This document shows positions 1 to 13,310 of a DNA stretch of 64,000 nt, in pieces (within the stretch, counting starts at the first letter, position 1; the number at the start of each line of letters is the position of its first letter). Under the pieces are notes generated by a model, which had not been told where the DNA came from, searched no databases, and saw only the letters and a program-made list of their open reading frames with translations. The stretch is from positions 37,200,001 to 37,264,000 of the forward strand of contig OX597815.1 of NCBI GenBank assembly GCA_951406725.2, in the 5' to 3' direction. Both the position numbers and the translations under genes were made by a program. Source of the DNA: Octopus vulgaris. Lineage: Eukaryota.

Positions 1-287
1 TTTCCTTCTATAAATTTATCCTGGCTGACCACTAGCCAGTACACTCTCCCTCTCTTCATTTCTTTATTATCTCTCTCCCTGATTTTCTTTTTCTCTCTCT
101 TTTTTCTCTCTTCCTGTTTTTGATTTGACCTTACAATCACATTCCCAACTTTTAAGTCACTTCAAAATAACTCTCGATCCAATGACACCGTATACAAACT
201 CTATGCTTGGAATGAGAAATTTTAAATACTATTGGAACTTATACACAATGAACAGGAAACTTATATGAATACCATTCTGCTTAAATA

Positions 288-309
<22 letters not shown>

Positions 310-318
<9 letters not shown>

Positions 319-973
319 GTAAAGAGTGAAAAAACGACAGAAGGCTTAAATGTTAAAAAATATATATATTTGCGTCAATATGTCTGAAGAATATTAGAAA
401 ATTTTTTAAACAAATTTTTTTTCCTTTATAATGACATAATTTTTAAAGAAAGACCGGTTTCGCATTTAGCTTTTCAAATTTCTTGTGACGTTATGTTTAT
501 GTTTAATAGAGTTATCCTTGTGTTTAAGCTCCGGAGAGTTCTAAATAAGGGAAGGTAGTGGGTGATTTCTTCCGGTGTAAGGGAGATAATCGCTTAAAAA
601 TTTTTTTGCTTTCCCTTAATGTGAATTTCTCTGTATCAGTATGTTCGGATGGTTGAGTCTGGGCTTGTACTTTTCAATGAAGAATGTTTCCTTGTTTAGT
701 CTAATTTGTGTTGATGATCCGAAAGCAGATTGGTAAAATGGAAAGATTAAAAATTGTGGTAGTAGTTGCTTTGCGCATTTCTCAATGTGCTCACTAAAAG
801 GTATTATGTCATTATAAAGGAAAAAAAATTTGTTTAAAAAATTATCTAATATTCTTCAGACATATTGACGCAAATATATATATTTTTTAACATTTAAGCC
901 TTCTGTCGTTTTTTCACTCTTTACTATTTTTTATATATTCACCCACGTGCTTTCACAAACCAACTTTCTTATC
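310..973 (-). mobile_element. 5'-truncated Penelope-like element with inverted pseudo-LTR, inserted in (TA)n
   Basis: Minus strand ~640-802 translates PFSEHIEKCAKQLLPQFLIFPFYQ...RLNKETFFIEKYKPRLN, resembling a GIY-YIG C-terminus. 310-440 is the reverse complement of 803-937, followed by an unpaired tail at 938-973. TA repeats lie on both sides. Confidence 0.8.
446..484 (-). ncRNA. Minimal type-I hammerhead-like motif, U3-A8 core variant
   Basis: Minus strand reads aagaaa-t-TTGAAAA-GC taaat GC-GAA-ACCGGT-C-tttctt: stem I 6 bp, stem II 2 bp, palindromic stem III, one extra nt before the core. Confidence 0.55.
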
Positions 974-1339
974 TATATATATATATGCAAGAAAAAATGG
1001 AAAAAGAATGACAGGAACGAAAAAGTTGGTAGTTTTCGCTAGTAAGCCATTAATCTAATTAATTAATAAAGAAAAGTGGTAGTACATTTACGATCGTTTC
1101 TGTTTACCAGTTGTAGTGGCTTACCAATGTGAATTACACACAAATAGCCATATAAAATCCTATATAGGAACCACGAAAAACCAAATGATACTTAGGTACA
1201 ACACACACCAGTCTAGCTTCAGAAAAGAATTCCCAAGAAACTGGAATATACCACTTCGAAGAGGAATGGTTCAACCCAGTAGAAATTGTTAGCGACTCTC
1301 GAATAACATGGAAGATGGTTTCAAATAATTAAGATTATA

Positions 1340-1740
1340 GGCGCAGACATAGGTATAGCTGTTTTGTTAAGAGGAACATTTTACAACCATGTGTTTTCGG
1401 GTTCAATCCCACTGTACGGGACTTTGGGCAAGTTTCTTTTACTACACTTATGCTTTGTGAGACAATTTGACAGATAGACGAAGGCTGTGAGGAAGCCCTT
1501 TATCTATATAGGTGTATGTGTGTGTACGTTTATTTGTATTGAGTTTGTTTCCCTATCGCTTCACAACCGATGCTGGTCTGTTTACGTCCTCGTAACTTAA
1601 CAGTTCAGCAGAATGAAAGAGATTGATAAAGTAAGTACCAAACTTTTAAAAAAATATTACTGGGGTCGATTTGTTCGAGGCAGTATGTGCCCCAGTATGA
1701 CTGCAGCCCAATGACTGACACAAGTAAAACAACAAAACAA
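1340..1740 (+). mobile_element. Degenerate tRNA-derived SINE (family of 23704-24097)
   Basis: B-box-like GGGTTCAATCCC, TTGGGCAAG central motif, and a 3' part (caaccgatgctgg...ggggtcgatttgttcga) shared with the 23704-24097 copy. Confidence 0.7.
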
Positions 1741-2605
1741 CAAACTTTCTTTTCACTTCTTAAGTGCACTAGTATATTTTTTATCTTAGAAGTTTTCACT
1801 TTTTAGTTCTGGCTTTTGTTACATTTCTGTTATAAAGCAAATTCGAAGCTGTCCTTGTAGAGTTAATATCTCCGATAGTTTAAATCTATCTTCTCTCAAC
1901 AAAGCTGAAGACTATTTTAATATTCTTAACTAATTTTGTTGATTGTCAATGAAACATTTACCTAAACCATCATCGTTGTCATGAAATATTGAAAGAAGCA
2001 AACAAACATATTCGTTTACTGTAAGTATCCAACTCGCAATATGATACTGGTGTTTAATATTTCAAAAATATCTCATGATCAATGAAACACACAGTATTCG
2101 CTATACTTCTGTGCTTTAATTTATTTATAAGGATGATTTATCAACTTCGCTAATGTCAAATTTTACTTCATTGATATTGAGAATAAGATAAGAATAAGTA
2201 ACTACTAGTAAGTGAACAAAAGCTGCTAGTAAGTAGATTGGAAAACTTTACCTTCTATTTTTCTGGATTAAGAAGGAAAATTAAGAAGACAGAGCAGTGG
2301 ATTAGTGGAAACGTTAGAGCGATGGTCAGGATACCTTACAGTAGTAGTAGTTCTAGAGATTTACGTTCGGAAAAGCAATGCGTGTGGTGACACTGGTGCC
2401 AAGCTATATCGGTCATGAAGTGTCAGTTTTTCCCTTGGAAAACATTAGTGTCAAATGCAGAAAAGATATGCATGCATGGACAACCGACAGAGATGTCCAT
2501 GCATGAAAAAAATTATTTTCTCAGCCTACAAATAAGCGTGGAAATATATAGCCAACCCTAATCGAAGAATACTCACAATATAACATGAAAACTGTTTATT
2601 CGCTG

Positions 2606-2698
<93 letters not shown>

Positions 2699-3033
2699 AA
2701 ACACATACACACAAAATATATTCATATTATATTTATTCTTTAAATTGGTTTCAGTCATTGGGCTGCAGCTGCGCCGAGTCACTACTTTCAAAAGTGTTAC
2801 TTGAATATATCGACTGAAATTTTAGAATGAATTTTAGTTAGGTATTTATTTTATTGGCTTCGTTATGATAAAGTCAGAGTCAATATGAGTGTAAAGAGAC
2901 GTAACGAAGAACAAGGTAAATTACAAAGTACTTTTGTAGAATTTCTCTCTCTCTCTCTCTCTGTCTACACACAAGCGCGCGCACACACATCTGAATATAT
3001 ATATATATGTATGCATGCATGCATGTATGTATG

Positions 3034-3102
<69 letters not shown>

Positions 3103-3152
3103 TCTTCTTTCAATGAGTCGTGAGTGGAAGAATGAATATACAAATACCTAAA

Positions 3153-3530
3153 TCTATATATATAAAGCTTAAGTTGTCTGTGTATGGCAGGTTTGGTAGC
3201 CTTCAGCTAATATTATCTCCTCCGAGACCCTGCGGCGCAAGTTGACCAAAATTGAGAGTATGTTAGAAGAAGGCTTGCTCCTCCTTCCGTTGAAGAGACA
3301 ATTCAAATCGGACCATGTTAACACCAAAAATTATTTACATCAAAAAAGGTGCTTTTTTTTCTACGAAAATCCTTATTGTTTACGATTTTTTGACTGCTGT
3401 GTCGCTATTTTTCAACCAGAAAAATGTTCACTTAATGAGAATAACAAGCTACATAATGGAATTTACTTTTCAAAAATTCCAATTCTGAAGGGTCGAAACA
3501 AACCTGAGCAACGCCGGACGATACTGCTAG
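3153..3530 (+). mobile_element. Non-autonomous Helitron
   Basis: Starts TC(TATATATA), ends with GC-rich hairpin cctgagcaacgccggacg followed by atactgCTAG, and sits between A and T. Confidence 0.75.
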
Positions 3531-3784
3531 TTATAATGATAACTAAGAAAAAAAAATGTGTATATTTTAAACGTCTTTTTTATTTTCCTTTAAATCTCAC
3601 CTACTGAAGAGTACAAATTCGACTTTTATCATGTTCTCTTTATGGAAGTCAGGGTCCTTTTGTCAGAATCAATTGTCTGGCAATATGAAATAAAAGGATA
3701 ATTCATTTTATCATCCAATCTGCTTCATTTCATTTCTTTGACGAAATTTATTGAAATTTGTTTAATAAATTAAGTCTTATATTG

Positions 3785-3828
<44 letters not shown>

Positions 3829-3862
3829 TATATATAAACAGATACAGACACAGACACACACA

Positions 3863-3936
<74 letters not shown>

Positions 3937-3940
<4 letters not shown>

Positions 3941-4236
3941 ATTTACAAGATAAGGGCAAAACAAAAATTCTAATGCCAAATATGCCGAAAAAAAGACAAA
4001 AATTGTAAATAACCATTATAATTTATGCGTTTCGAAACAAACCGATAGAAATTTCTAAAAAATCCGTTATTACCGTATTGGTCCCAATTTGTCTTTTTTT
4101 CGGCATATTTGGCGTTAGAAATTTTCTTTTGCCCCTATCTTGTAAATTATTTATAAATTTAACCTTTAAGGGTATTTTTTGATATGCTGGCCATTGATAA
4201 AATTTTTTTCCCGAAAAAATTTTATCCTACATTAGT
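3937..4236. mobile_element. Foldback insert in (TA)n, PLE-type end structure
   Basis: 3937-4007 is the reverse complement of 4085-4150, with a one-sided tail to ~4236 and TA repeats at both ends. Confidence 0.6.
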
Positions 4237-4478
4237 TATATATATATATATATATATTACTGTTTGTATTTCTGTTCAGTTATAACAAAAACAATCGTAT
4301 ATTAATCTGGAGTATTGCTCCATACTGTTGTAGAGTACAGATTTAGTATTCTTTTACAAGAAACAGTAACTTCGAATTTTCAGCCGGCTAAGCCATCATC
4401 AGTCCGTTGATGCCCAGCGATTCTGAAACTGGAAGGACCATAATTATGAAACCTACTGCTTAACTACAGAGCAATATC

Positions 4479-4650
4479 TACATTATTTATATTTGACGGA
4501 TACGTGACCTCATCTTATTTGTTGTTTACACAACGTTTTGGCTGATACACTCCAGCCTTCATCAGGTGTCTTGGGGAAATTTCGATCCTGGGTTCTCATT
4601 CCTACGGTATTTTTCGATGTTGTTGTTATTATTATTATTATTATTATTGA

Positions 4651-4681
<31 letters not shown>

Positions 4682-4683
4682 GA

Positions 4684-4775
<92 letters not shown>

Positions 4776-4926
4776 CCACTGCTTGGAATCGAACTCGGAA
4801 TCTTGAAGTTAGTAGGCGGCGCTCTTAACCACTATGCCATACGCACGTGGGCCACGGGGCTACGGCATAGTGGTTAAGAGTGCGGGCTACTAACCTCAAG
4901 ATTCCGAGTTCGATTCCAAGCAGTGA

Positions 4927-5013
<87 letters not shown>

Positions 5014-5183
5014 CAACAACATCGAAAAATACCTTACGAATGAGAATACAGGTTCGAAATTTTCCCAAGACACCTGATGAATGCTAGAGGGTATATCAAC
5101 CGAAACGTTATTTTAACAGCAAACAAGATGAAGACAAGTACCTGTCAAATGTAAATAATTCCTCATTTCTTAAATGTAGAACT
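4479..5183. mobile_element. Head-to-head palindrome of a tRNA-headed, hammerhead-tailed SINE-like unit
   Basis: Axis at ~4851 (cgtgg-g-ccacg). Each arm outward has a tRNA-like head (A box GGCATAGTGG, B box GAGTTCGATTCC), then (AAT)n/(AAC)n, a ~50-nt spacer, a hammerhead motif (4528-4569 minus; 5070-5113 plus) and a tail. Confidence 0.85.
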
Positions 5184-5199
5184 TTTCATAGTTTGGTTT

Positions 5200-5430
5200 A
5201 TTCTTTTATTGTTGCATTTGTTGCAGTCATTTGACTACAGCCATGCTAGTAGACCGTCTGTAGTCGAACAAATCGACCCAGGTACTTATTCTACTGGGCT
5301 CCTTTGACGAACCGCTAAGTTACGGAGACGTAAATACACCAACATCGGTTGTCAAGCGATGGTAGGGGGATAAACACAGACACACAAACGTATACATGCA
5401 TATGTATGTATATATATATATACATACTTA

Positions 5431-5464
<34 letters not shown>

Positions 5465-6040
5465 ATAGAAATATGTTATAAAAAGAAAGGGGAAAGTAGG
5501 AAGAAAAATAAGCGAAAATGCACATTGGAAATCAAAAAAAGTAAAGGCTTTTTATGAAAAGCAACGATATATATATATACAATTAGATGAACTGAGGTAG
5601 GAATAAAAGTAATAAAAGTGATTATTGAGAATTGTTAAAGAGATTCAAAAGCATACCGTTTTCGTGAATTTACTAATCAATGCTTTGGTTAGTAAATTAA
5701 CTAATTAAAGCAATGATTAGTAAATTCACGAAACCGGTATGCATTTGAATCTCTGTAACAATTCACAATAATGACTTTTATTACTTTTATTACTACCTCA
5801 GTTCATATAATTGTATAAATCTATAGTTACATTTCATAAAAAGCCTTTACTTTTTTTTGATTTCCAATGTACATTTTCGCTTATTTTCCTTTTTACTTTC
5901 TCCTTATATATATATATATATATACAACGGGTTTCTTTCAGGTTCCGTCTACCAAATCTATTCCCAAGGCTTTGGTCGGCCCGAGGTTATAGAAAAAGAC
6001 AATTGCCCAAGGTGCCACGCAGTGGAACTGAACCCGGAAT
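5200..6040 (-). mobile_element. tRNA-derived SINE (23704 family) interrupted by a foldback insert
   Basis: 5200-5390 and 5925-6040 match the reverse complement of the 3' and 5' parts of 23704-24097. Its internal TA tract holds the 5464-5905 hairpin. Confidence 0.8.
5464..5905. mobile_element. Foldback (hairpin) element with paired hammerhead-like motifs
   Basis: ~5487-5690 is the reverse complement of ~5700-5905, with a tail at 5464-5486. Motif aaagca-ATGATTA-GT aaattc AC-GAA-ACCGGT-A-tgc lies at 5707-5745, mirrored at 5648-5686. Confidence 0.8.
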
Positions 6041-8869
6041 CATATTTCTTCATATTTATTTATACTTTTTATATTTTATTGCAGTTAGCGTTTATGCGTT
6101 TTATTGGAAAACCCAAGAGAAACACCTACTTAGAAGTCTCGGTTGGTATGTCAATCATCAAAACAAGCCAATGCTTTTATGCAATGAATTAAAAAGGAAA
6201 TGGCTGGAAATAAGTGGTGTGAATTTTTCATTGCTGCGAACAAATAGCACAAATTACTGGCAAGTATTATCAAGAACCTATAAATTATACAACTCAACTT
6301 AATCTCATGCGAAGCATAAACATTCTCATTGTTGGCTTTTCGTTTACTTGATTAAGATGGAGGTGCCTGCAAAGAATTAGCAATATTTTATACTGCAACA
6401 AAATTAAAACCTGAATCTACGTTTAACAGTTCAAAGTTTTATAGCGAATAAATTAACACTATACCCTCAGAAGATATTTCGCTAAAACTAGCTTTTATAG
6501 ATTTTCTAGCCTTCGTTACCAACAATACTAGTCCATTCATAGATTTTCATTGCAATATTTTCCTTAAAATGGAAGGAAAGCTGGAATTCTTCGTAATCTG
6601 CTTTGAACAATAACTGCCTTGATCTTATCATGCTGGGACTGCTTATAAAATACCACAGACGCTGTCCCTCCTTCCTTGACCATTTAATAAAATAAAAGAA
6701 AGCTTATGATATAGCATGTGATGTTGAAATTTCTTTCCAAGTCTTTGAATATCATCCCTATCTTAAATGTCATTTACGAAATCTTCAAAATTAAGAATGT
6801 CACACAAAGCAACATCCAATATATTCTTATCTGTGGACAGGGATAGTAAATAATCTGGTTTCTTTGGCTTTAGTGGAAAGTTGCAGATTTAACAGTCAAA
6901 AATTGTAATCGGATCATGTTTTATTTGGCGTAACGATTTTTTTGATTGCCACAACAATTTCTGCCACCAGACCTCTCTCCTCGAACAAATGGAGGCGGCC
7001 GTTAGTTAATATGTTTTCATGTGGAGATATATTGTACCGCCAATCTTGCATAGATTTCTCTATTCAAACACTAATGAGGATGTCTTTACGGAGTCACTCA
7101 AACAAATAGAAAATCAGCCAAATCTTAAAGTACACTTTATTATATTCAAAAATGAAGTGTACATTTGATAATATAGTCTTAGACAGATTATGTGAAAAAA
7201 GGTATTGTCACCGCATAAATGTTTTTAACTGCAGGTCTACTTCATGTTTGTACTCTTGGAACTTATAAAAATAACAACAAATGTCTTATTGCAATATTTA
7301 CGTAAACAATAAAGGCTAATATTTAGGGTACATTACAAAAGGTACAAATCTAAATACATTGAATTTATGTTTCGCGCAAAGCCTTTAACTCAGTTCAAAT
7401 TTTATCTGCAGCTTCCTTCTTACTACATGGAATCCACTCCAACTGTTAACCATGTCTAAAGTGTGTACCCATGATCTCTTCAAAAGTTTTTGTTATATCA
7501 TCATAGTTATTAGTATACCAGTATATTTGCTTAGGTGAACATAAAGATGTAAGATCTCGTAAACAACATTTTAAACTGCTAAATACTGTTAACCTATAAG
7601 AAAAATATGTTTTTCTTGTAAGGCGGCAAGTCTTGTGAATTTTGCATACACATAATACAATATTATTATATTATTATATTATGATGATGTTTTAACACAT
7701 TACATAGTACATTGATAGCCAAATCTATTAGAACTCCAAATTCGGCACTGAGTAGATAAAAACAGACGATTCAAAACTCTCAAGGTTTTCTTGGTAACAA
7801 TGCAACCCCAGAAGTTAGTACCTAGCTCTCAGAAACAAGGCTTTATGAATTTAAATAGCTCTAGGGGAGTTGGCTTTACTCCTAAGAACAACATGAAGTA
7901 CAAATTGCATGCTGTTAGGCAACAAAACTCTTAATACTAAAGTTCAAAATATGCAGGAGACGTTTACCTGAGAAATGCATCTATCATTTGGTTTATAAGG
8001 CATTATGGAACATAAAAACAAGAGTAGCATGAGTTAGGTTCAAAGAATGGTGAACATTTGCGATAGCAGAAAGTTTGTTCTGTGACTTAGACTCTGTTTC
8101 AGTAAATATGGATTCTATTGTTCGGTCATTAAAAGAAACTTAATTCTTTTGAAGTTAGATGCATACACAAACTTCTCGGCATCCTCTGGAATAACGTTGT
8201 ACCTAACAATCAAATCAGAGTGTAGTACGGATAACTTCAAATACGGGTAACTTCTCGTGACTGGTTTATTTTACATGTCTATCAATCCAATTGAACGCCG
8301 ACAAAAAAAAAAAACAAGTCTTTGAAAAGGTTAAGATGGATGACAAAGTCTAAGTAAGAAGAGTACAAGATACCTCACTCTGGAATATGTAACTTAAGGA
8401 ATGCATATTTATTAATAATTATCAAAATTCTGGCACTTTTAGTTTGTGGAATTAATCTAAAATTCACTAAGAATAAGAGGCGATTCGTAGAAGTAGATAA
8501 TAATGATGGAATAGTCTGATATTGTATGAAGCTCAGGTGTGAATTATTTCGCATCGCATTGATTGAATCGGAACAAGTTTTTTAAAAGTTTACTTCAAAA
8601 CTTTGAAAATTGGAAAATTTAGCTCCAAGCTACTCATTAAGAATATTTTGTTGAAGGAGAAGGAGGAAGAAGAGAAATGGAAAAGCATAGAAAATTAAAA
8701 TATAAAGAGAAAACAAGAAAATTGGGAAGAACATGCCAAAGAAGAAATTACGAACAAGAGTAGCAAAAGAACACAAGTACTAAAAGAAAGAAGAACATAG
8801 AAAAAGCAGTAATAGCTACTATATATGTTTTCATAATCTTCAATATTTATTGTTGTTACAATTATAAAG

Positions 8870-9500
8870 CGGCGAGCTGATCGATTCGTTATCAGGTTGG
8901 ACAAATCTCATCTCCTAGCAGCATTTCTTCAGATTCATTTCGTTCTGAGTCCAAATTTCGCCGAGGTGCGCATTGTTTTTCTTGGGCTTGATAAAATAAG
9001 TACCAGTCAAGTACTAGGATCAATGTACTCGACTTTCCCGCTCCACTCAAATTTGATGGACTTGTGTCAAAAATTAGTAAGAATTCTTGGGCGAACACGA
9101 GCAGTGGATTGGGAGAATTATTAACTAAAAAAATGTCACAGTATCTCTGGCTCTTTATGGTCTGAGTTCATATCTTCCCTTGGACAGCTTTGCTTTTCAT
9201 TCCTCCACAGTCGATAAAAGACGGTACCAGTGCAGTGCTTGGGTTGATGGCATTGGCTAACAGCTTCCCTTCAAAACCTCTGGATTTATGCCTAAATTAG
9301 AAACAGTTATTGAGAAGACAGCTGAGTAACAGGATTGTTCTGTGCGACTGCCTACAAGCGAATTTCAGAATCCAAGGACCTCCAAACAAAGTGTTTTGTG
9401 GCATTTAATTCAATCAATTTTTTACGTCCTGACTTCAAATCCCGCCAGGATCGATTTTTACCTCTTATCCCACCAGTGTCAGTAAAGCATCAAAGTCAAT
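8870..9500 (+). mobile_element. Cluster of degenerate SINE copies (family of 36263-36477)
   Basis: Repeated remnants of gttctgagttcaaat...ccgaggtcgactttgcctttcatcc...gtcgataaa...gtaccag. Confidence 0.6.
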
Positions 9501-12500
9501 TTGATTAACTTATCTTACTCTTAATATTTCCTTCGTCATTGTATTAGTCATTACAAAATTTTCTTAGACATTGTACTTTTCCCGATTCATTTCTCGTCTG
9601 TCTCTTCCTTCTTCTGATTTTTCTTTATTTCCATTTTCATTATTTCATACATTTCATTTTCATTCCTTTTCATTCTTCATTGTTATCAATTCAGTTTTCA
9701 AGATGCTCTCAAACTCAGAAACTCCATTTTTCTATTTTTATAGACATCAAAATACTTAGAAAATCTCTTTAGCTTATTTTTAATGGCATCTTTGGTTCCC
9801 ATAATCCAAAAGGAAAGCAATACTTAATCCAGTCGTTTGAGTTGATCTGTCAGTCTAAAATAAGACAATATATATTTAACTTCCGCTCGCCACTCTAACT
9901 ATCTGTCTGAATATAATTTTTATAGAAACAGACATTTTCTTTAGCAAAATACATGGTTATTGCATAATCGATGAATGGTTCAAACAACTAGAGATGCAAT
10001 GAATACAACGAATTATTTTCAGAAAACATTCAAATCAATTATGTTACCTCCATTTATCACATCGTTACAAAAACGAAATCATTCCGCTGATATTAAAACT
10101 AACCTATAAGTTGTATTCACTATTTAGATATGACAATAATACAGTTTATTTGGAATAAAAAATTTTATAACAGTAGAAGTTACTTGAGTCTTGTGTGTCG
10201 ATCGAGGAAAGCTCAGCATATATTAATTTGAAGAGTCGGTGGATAAACTCAATTTAAAATCAATATTTCTAAATCTAGAAGTATTTGACTACATTAACAT
10301 GATTATATTATTTCACTTTGAAGTGACATTGCCTTGTGGAATGATCATTGACAGATCGTAGGTCTATACAATCAAAGATAGCTTGGAGTTTAACAGTAAC
10401 AAAAACATCACATGAAAATCATACAACGTCACTAAGATATAGGTGTGGTGAAAGAAAATAGAACATAAAAATTAAAATTTATTGATGAAGGATTTATTGA
10501 AGATTTTTAGTAACTCTAAAATGTTATATCTCAATGGTATGAGGGCTGTAAGCATATTAACTGCTCTACAATGACAATGAAGACAATATTTACCACCATC
10601 ATCACCATCATAATCATCGTGTCTCTCAGTACTATTGCTGCAACTCAATTCCGGTGCTTTGTTCGTAGGAATATTCTTTATAGATCATTGAATTGTGAAA
10701 CTTCTGCCGAAGCACCAGGTCGTAAGGTCCTCGGCTTAATTGTTACACTATAAACATTACAGATTCCTACCTTTCAATTTGTATCTTTCTGTCTATTTGA
10801 CTCATTTCTCCATCCAAGTCGTATCTTCCTATACATTTATGAATTTTCTTCCTGCCTTTCTTCCGTCCATATGCTGTTGAGGAAATTAACTGAGATTAAA
10901 TCAAGTGTCGTGAACCACATTGTAATGTGCATAATGTTTATTTGCATCAACTCAGTATTTTAAATGCTGCCTCCACAACTTCCTGATACCCGTTGTGGCT
11001 TAAAGTGATGTGTAACTTTTACGGCAAGTTCCACAATCTTCTAATCAAGCTTTCAATTGACAAGTGATTGTGAATAGACTTTAATGGTATTCAGTAATAT
11101 TGTCGAATAGAATTAGTAATATCTTCTCAGTGCGGCTATATATTTCTCAATAAACTTATCAACACATTCATCAATATCCACACCAACCTCGCTATCACTA
11201 ACCGCTGATATCATTCTATCAACGCCATAAATAATTACCAGTTCTATCATGATTGGGTGGTGAATAATTATCTCAGGCATTACTACAGGATATTGCGACC
11301 GTAGCTGATACAAATCCCAGGTTTAGCTTACACTGGCTATCTCTACCTCGAACGGGCTCCTTTCGAGTATAAAGATCCTAGACCTCGACATTGAAACTCT
11401 GGAACGATATCCGGCATAGACGATCCCAGGCTCGTATAGTGAAAAACGGATCCCAATGCATATGACTAGTATCCTTGCCTTCAGTATTCTATAGGGAGCA
11501 GGAGTAACTATCACTTAGATAGTGAATATTGCAACAGCAAGATTGACAGCCAATGAGTGATGGCCGTTAGAAGAATAGAAATTCATTAATCGTTTAAACA
11601 CTGTAACAACAATAAAATAAAACGATAAATATTCGTTTAATGTAGTGCACTTAGAATTTTCAATTAAGTAACATTATATGGTTAAAGAAGAGGAACAAGG
11701 GCACAACCTGAAGATTTGAATTAAAAAAAAATAATATGCAGTACAGAGTGAGTCTGATATTTTGCAGTATAATGACAACTTTGTATGTTCTGGTCTTATC
11801 AAATTGCATCAACAATGCAGTCTTATCATCACTGAAAGATATTAAAATGGCTAGAAGCGATTATAGGTGTTTTAGGAAATGAACACTGATTGGGAAAAAT
11901 AGCTTAAAATAATGACAGATGGAAATTAGCCTAGGGTGTTTAATTTTTACTTGCTGCGACTGGAGAAGCAGTGTCTATCATGACAGCAGTCCTTCTTAAG
12001 CTGCTCATTTTGATGCCGCTAATATTTTGATTAAGTGGTTGTATGTCAGCACTTGCAAGAGAACGACATGAGTAGAGAGAAGATTCCTGATGAAGGAAAG
12101 CGGAAATTGCTTAGTGTGGGTGGTGGGTGGACAGAAGGCTTGATGTAACAGGGGCGAGGAAAGTGAAGCGATGGGTGTGTCAAGGATGCTTGATCGCTGG
12201 AGATATGAGGCCAGCCAGCTTCAAGGAACAGGCTATTATAGTTGTAAAGGAAAGATAGAGAATTATAACAGTACACATGAAGACCAGCAGATGGAACATA
12301 CCTCTCAATGACAATTGTAAAGTGGGCGCTAACTTCCTAAATTAAACGAGTCCCAAAATTTAATTAATGATAATTACAATCTTAGTAGGAGAAAAAAGAA
12401 ATATCCTCATGACAAATTCTTATTGCGAATAGCAAAAGGGACAAATTCAGAAAATAAATTGATCAAAAATTAGAATGCAGTGGGTATCGAGTTTGATCGT

Positions 12501-13019
12501 TGTCATAAGCTATGTGAATGTGTGTGTGCGTGTGCTTGTGTTTGTGTGTGTGTAACTTTAATCTTTAGCTGTAAATTGACGCTGGACATTAATTACTCTA
12601 AAATACATCTTAAGTTTAAATATGTTCAAACTGAGTAACTGACTTTGGTTTTAAACGTCTCTCTAGCTATGTATATACTGTGTTTACTGTTGTACAAAGC
12701 GATCTCTAACATAATGTGAATGTGACAACCACTTTTTTAAACATATTTTATCCTCTTACATAATGCAGTTTCCGAATACAACAAAGCGTCATTTAGGTCT
12801 ATCTTAATATCACTTCAAATTTTAGAACGCACAAAAACACACAGAACACAAACACAATCACTACAACTGGCATAGTTTCCGGTGTTTTGCTCAGTAACAT
12901 TTGCCTCAAAGCTATTGTGCAAAGGCTGTACTTTAGGTTAAAACAGGTCATTGTATACAAAACGATTTTTATCGTCTAAAAAACTATCCATGCCTGATTC
13001 AATAAATATACGCAGCCAT

Positions 13020-13310
13020 CTTCCTCGATTTAGCTTTTCTTTGCTTATAACTTTGTATGTTACAATATATTTATGTTGTCTCTTGTCTTGCATCCATTCA
13101 GCCAATTCTTTTCCCAATTCTGGATAGCAAGCCTTAGCTATTTTTCACTGCTTGCTATTTTCTGCGGTTGAATTTTGTTCTTTCTTTTTAGCCTAATGAT
13201 GCTCTCAACAACACCAATTTTTCTTGAGGCTGCATACTTGTTCTTTTTAGCAATTTCTGTGAATAGGCTTGAATTTTGTTCTTTAAGCAACAAGTTTCTG
13301 TCGCTTACTC
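13020..13310 (-). pseudogene. Decayed pogo/Tc2-type transposase N-terminal DNA-binding region
   Basis: Minus-strand fragments EIAKKNKYAASRKIGVVESIIR and ACYPELGKELAEWMQDKRQHKYIVT resemble CENP-B/Tc5-type HTH segments; frameshifted. Confidence 0.5.

Noticed and set aside
985-1330. Possible further PLE terminal fragment with GAA-ACGATCGT-A motif
   Set aside because: The palindromic stem III is present but no core and no second copy were found.
4861-4930. Functional tRNA gene
   Set aside because: A and B boxes are present but there is no convincing acceptor stem, and it is embedded in a repeated unit as a SINE-type head.
6300-8700. Possible host exons or LTR-element remnants in unique-looking DNA
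   Set aside because: No sustained ORF or recognisable motif.
12080-12115. CTGATGA...GAAA hammerhead-like motif (similar weak cases at ~19008, ~37050 and ~37708)
   Set aside because: Stems I and II or the GAA are not properly formed; too degenerate to support.
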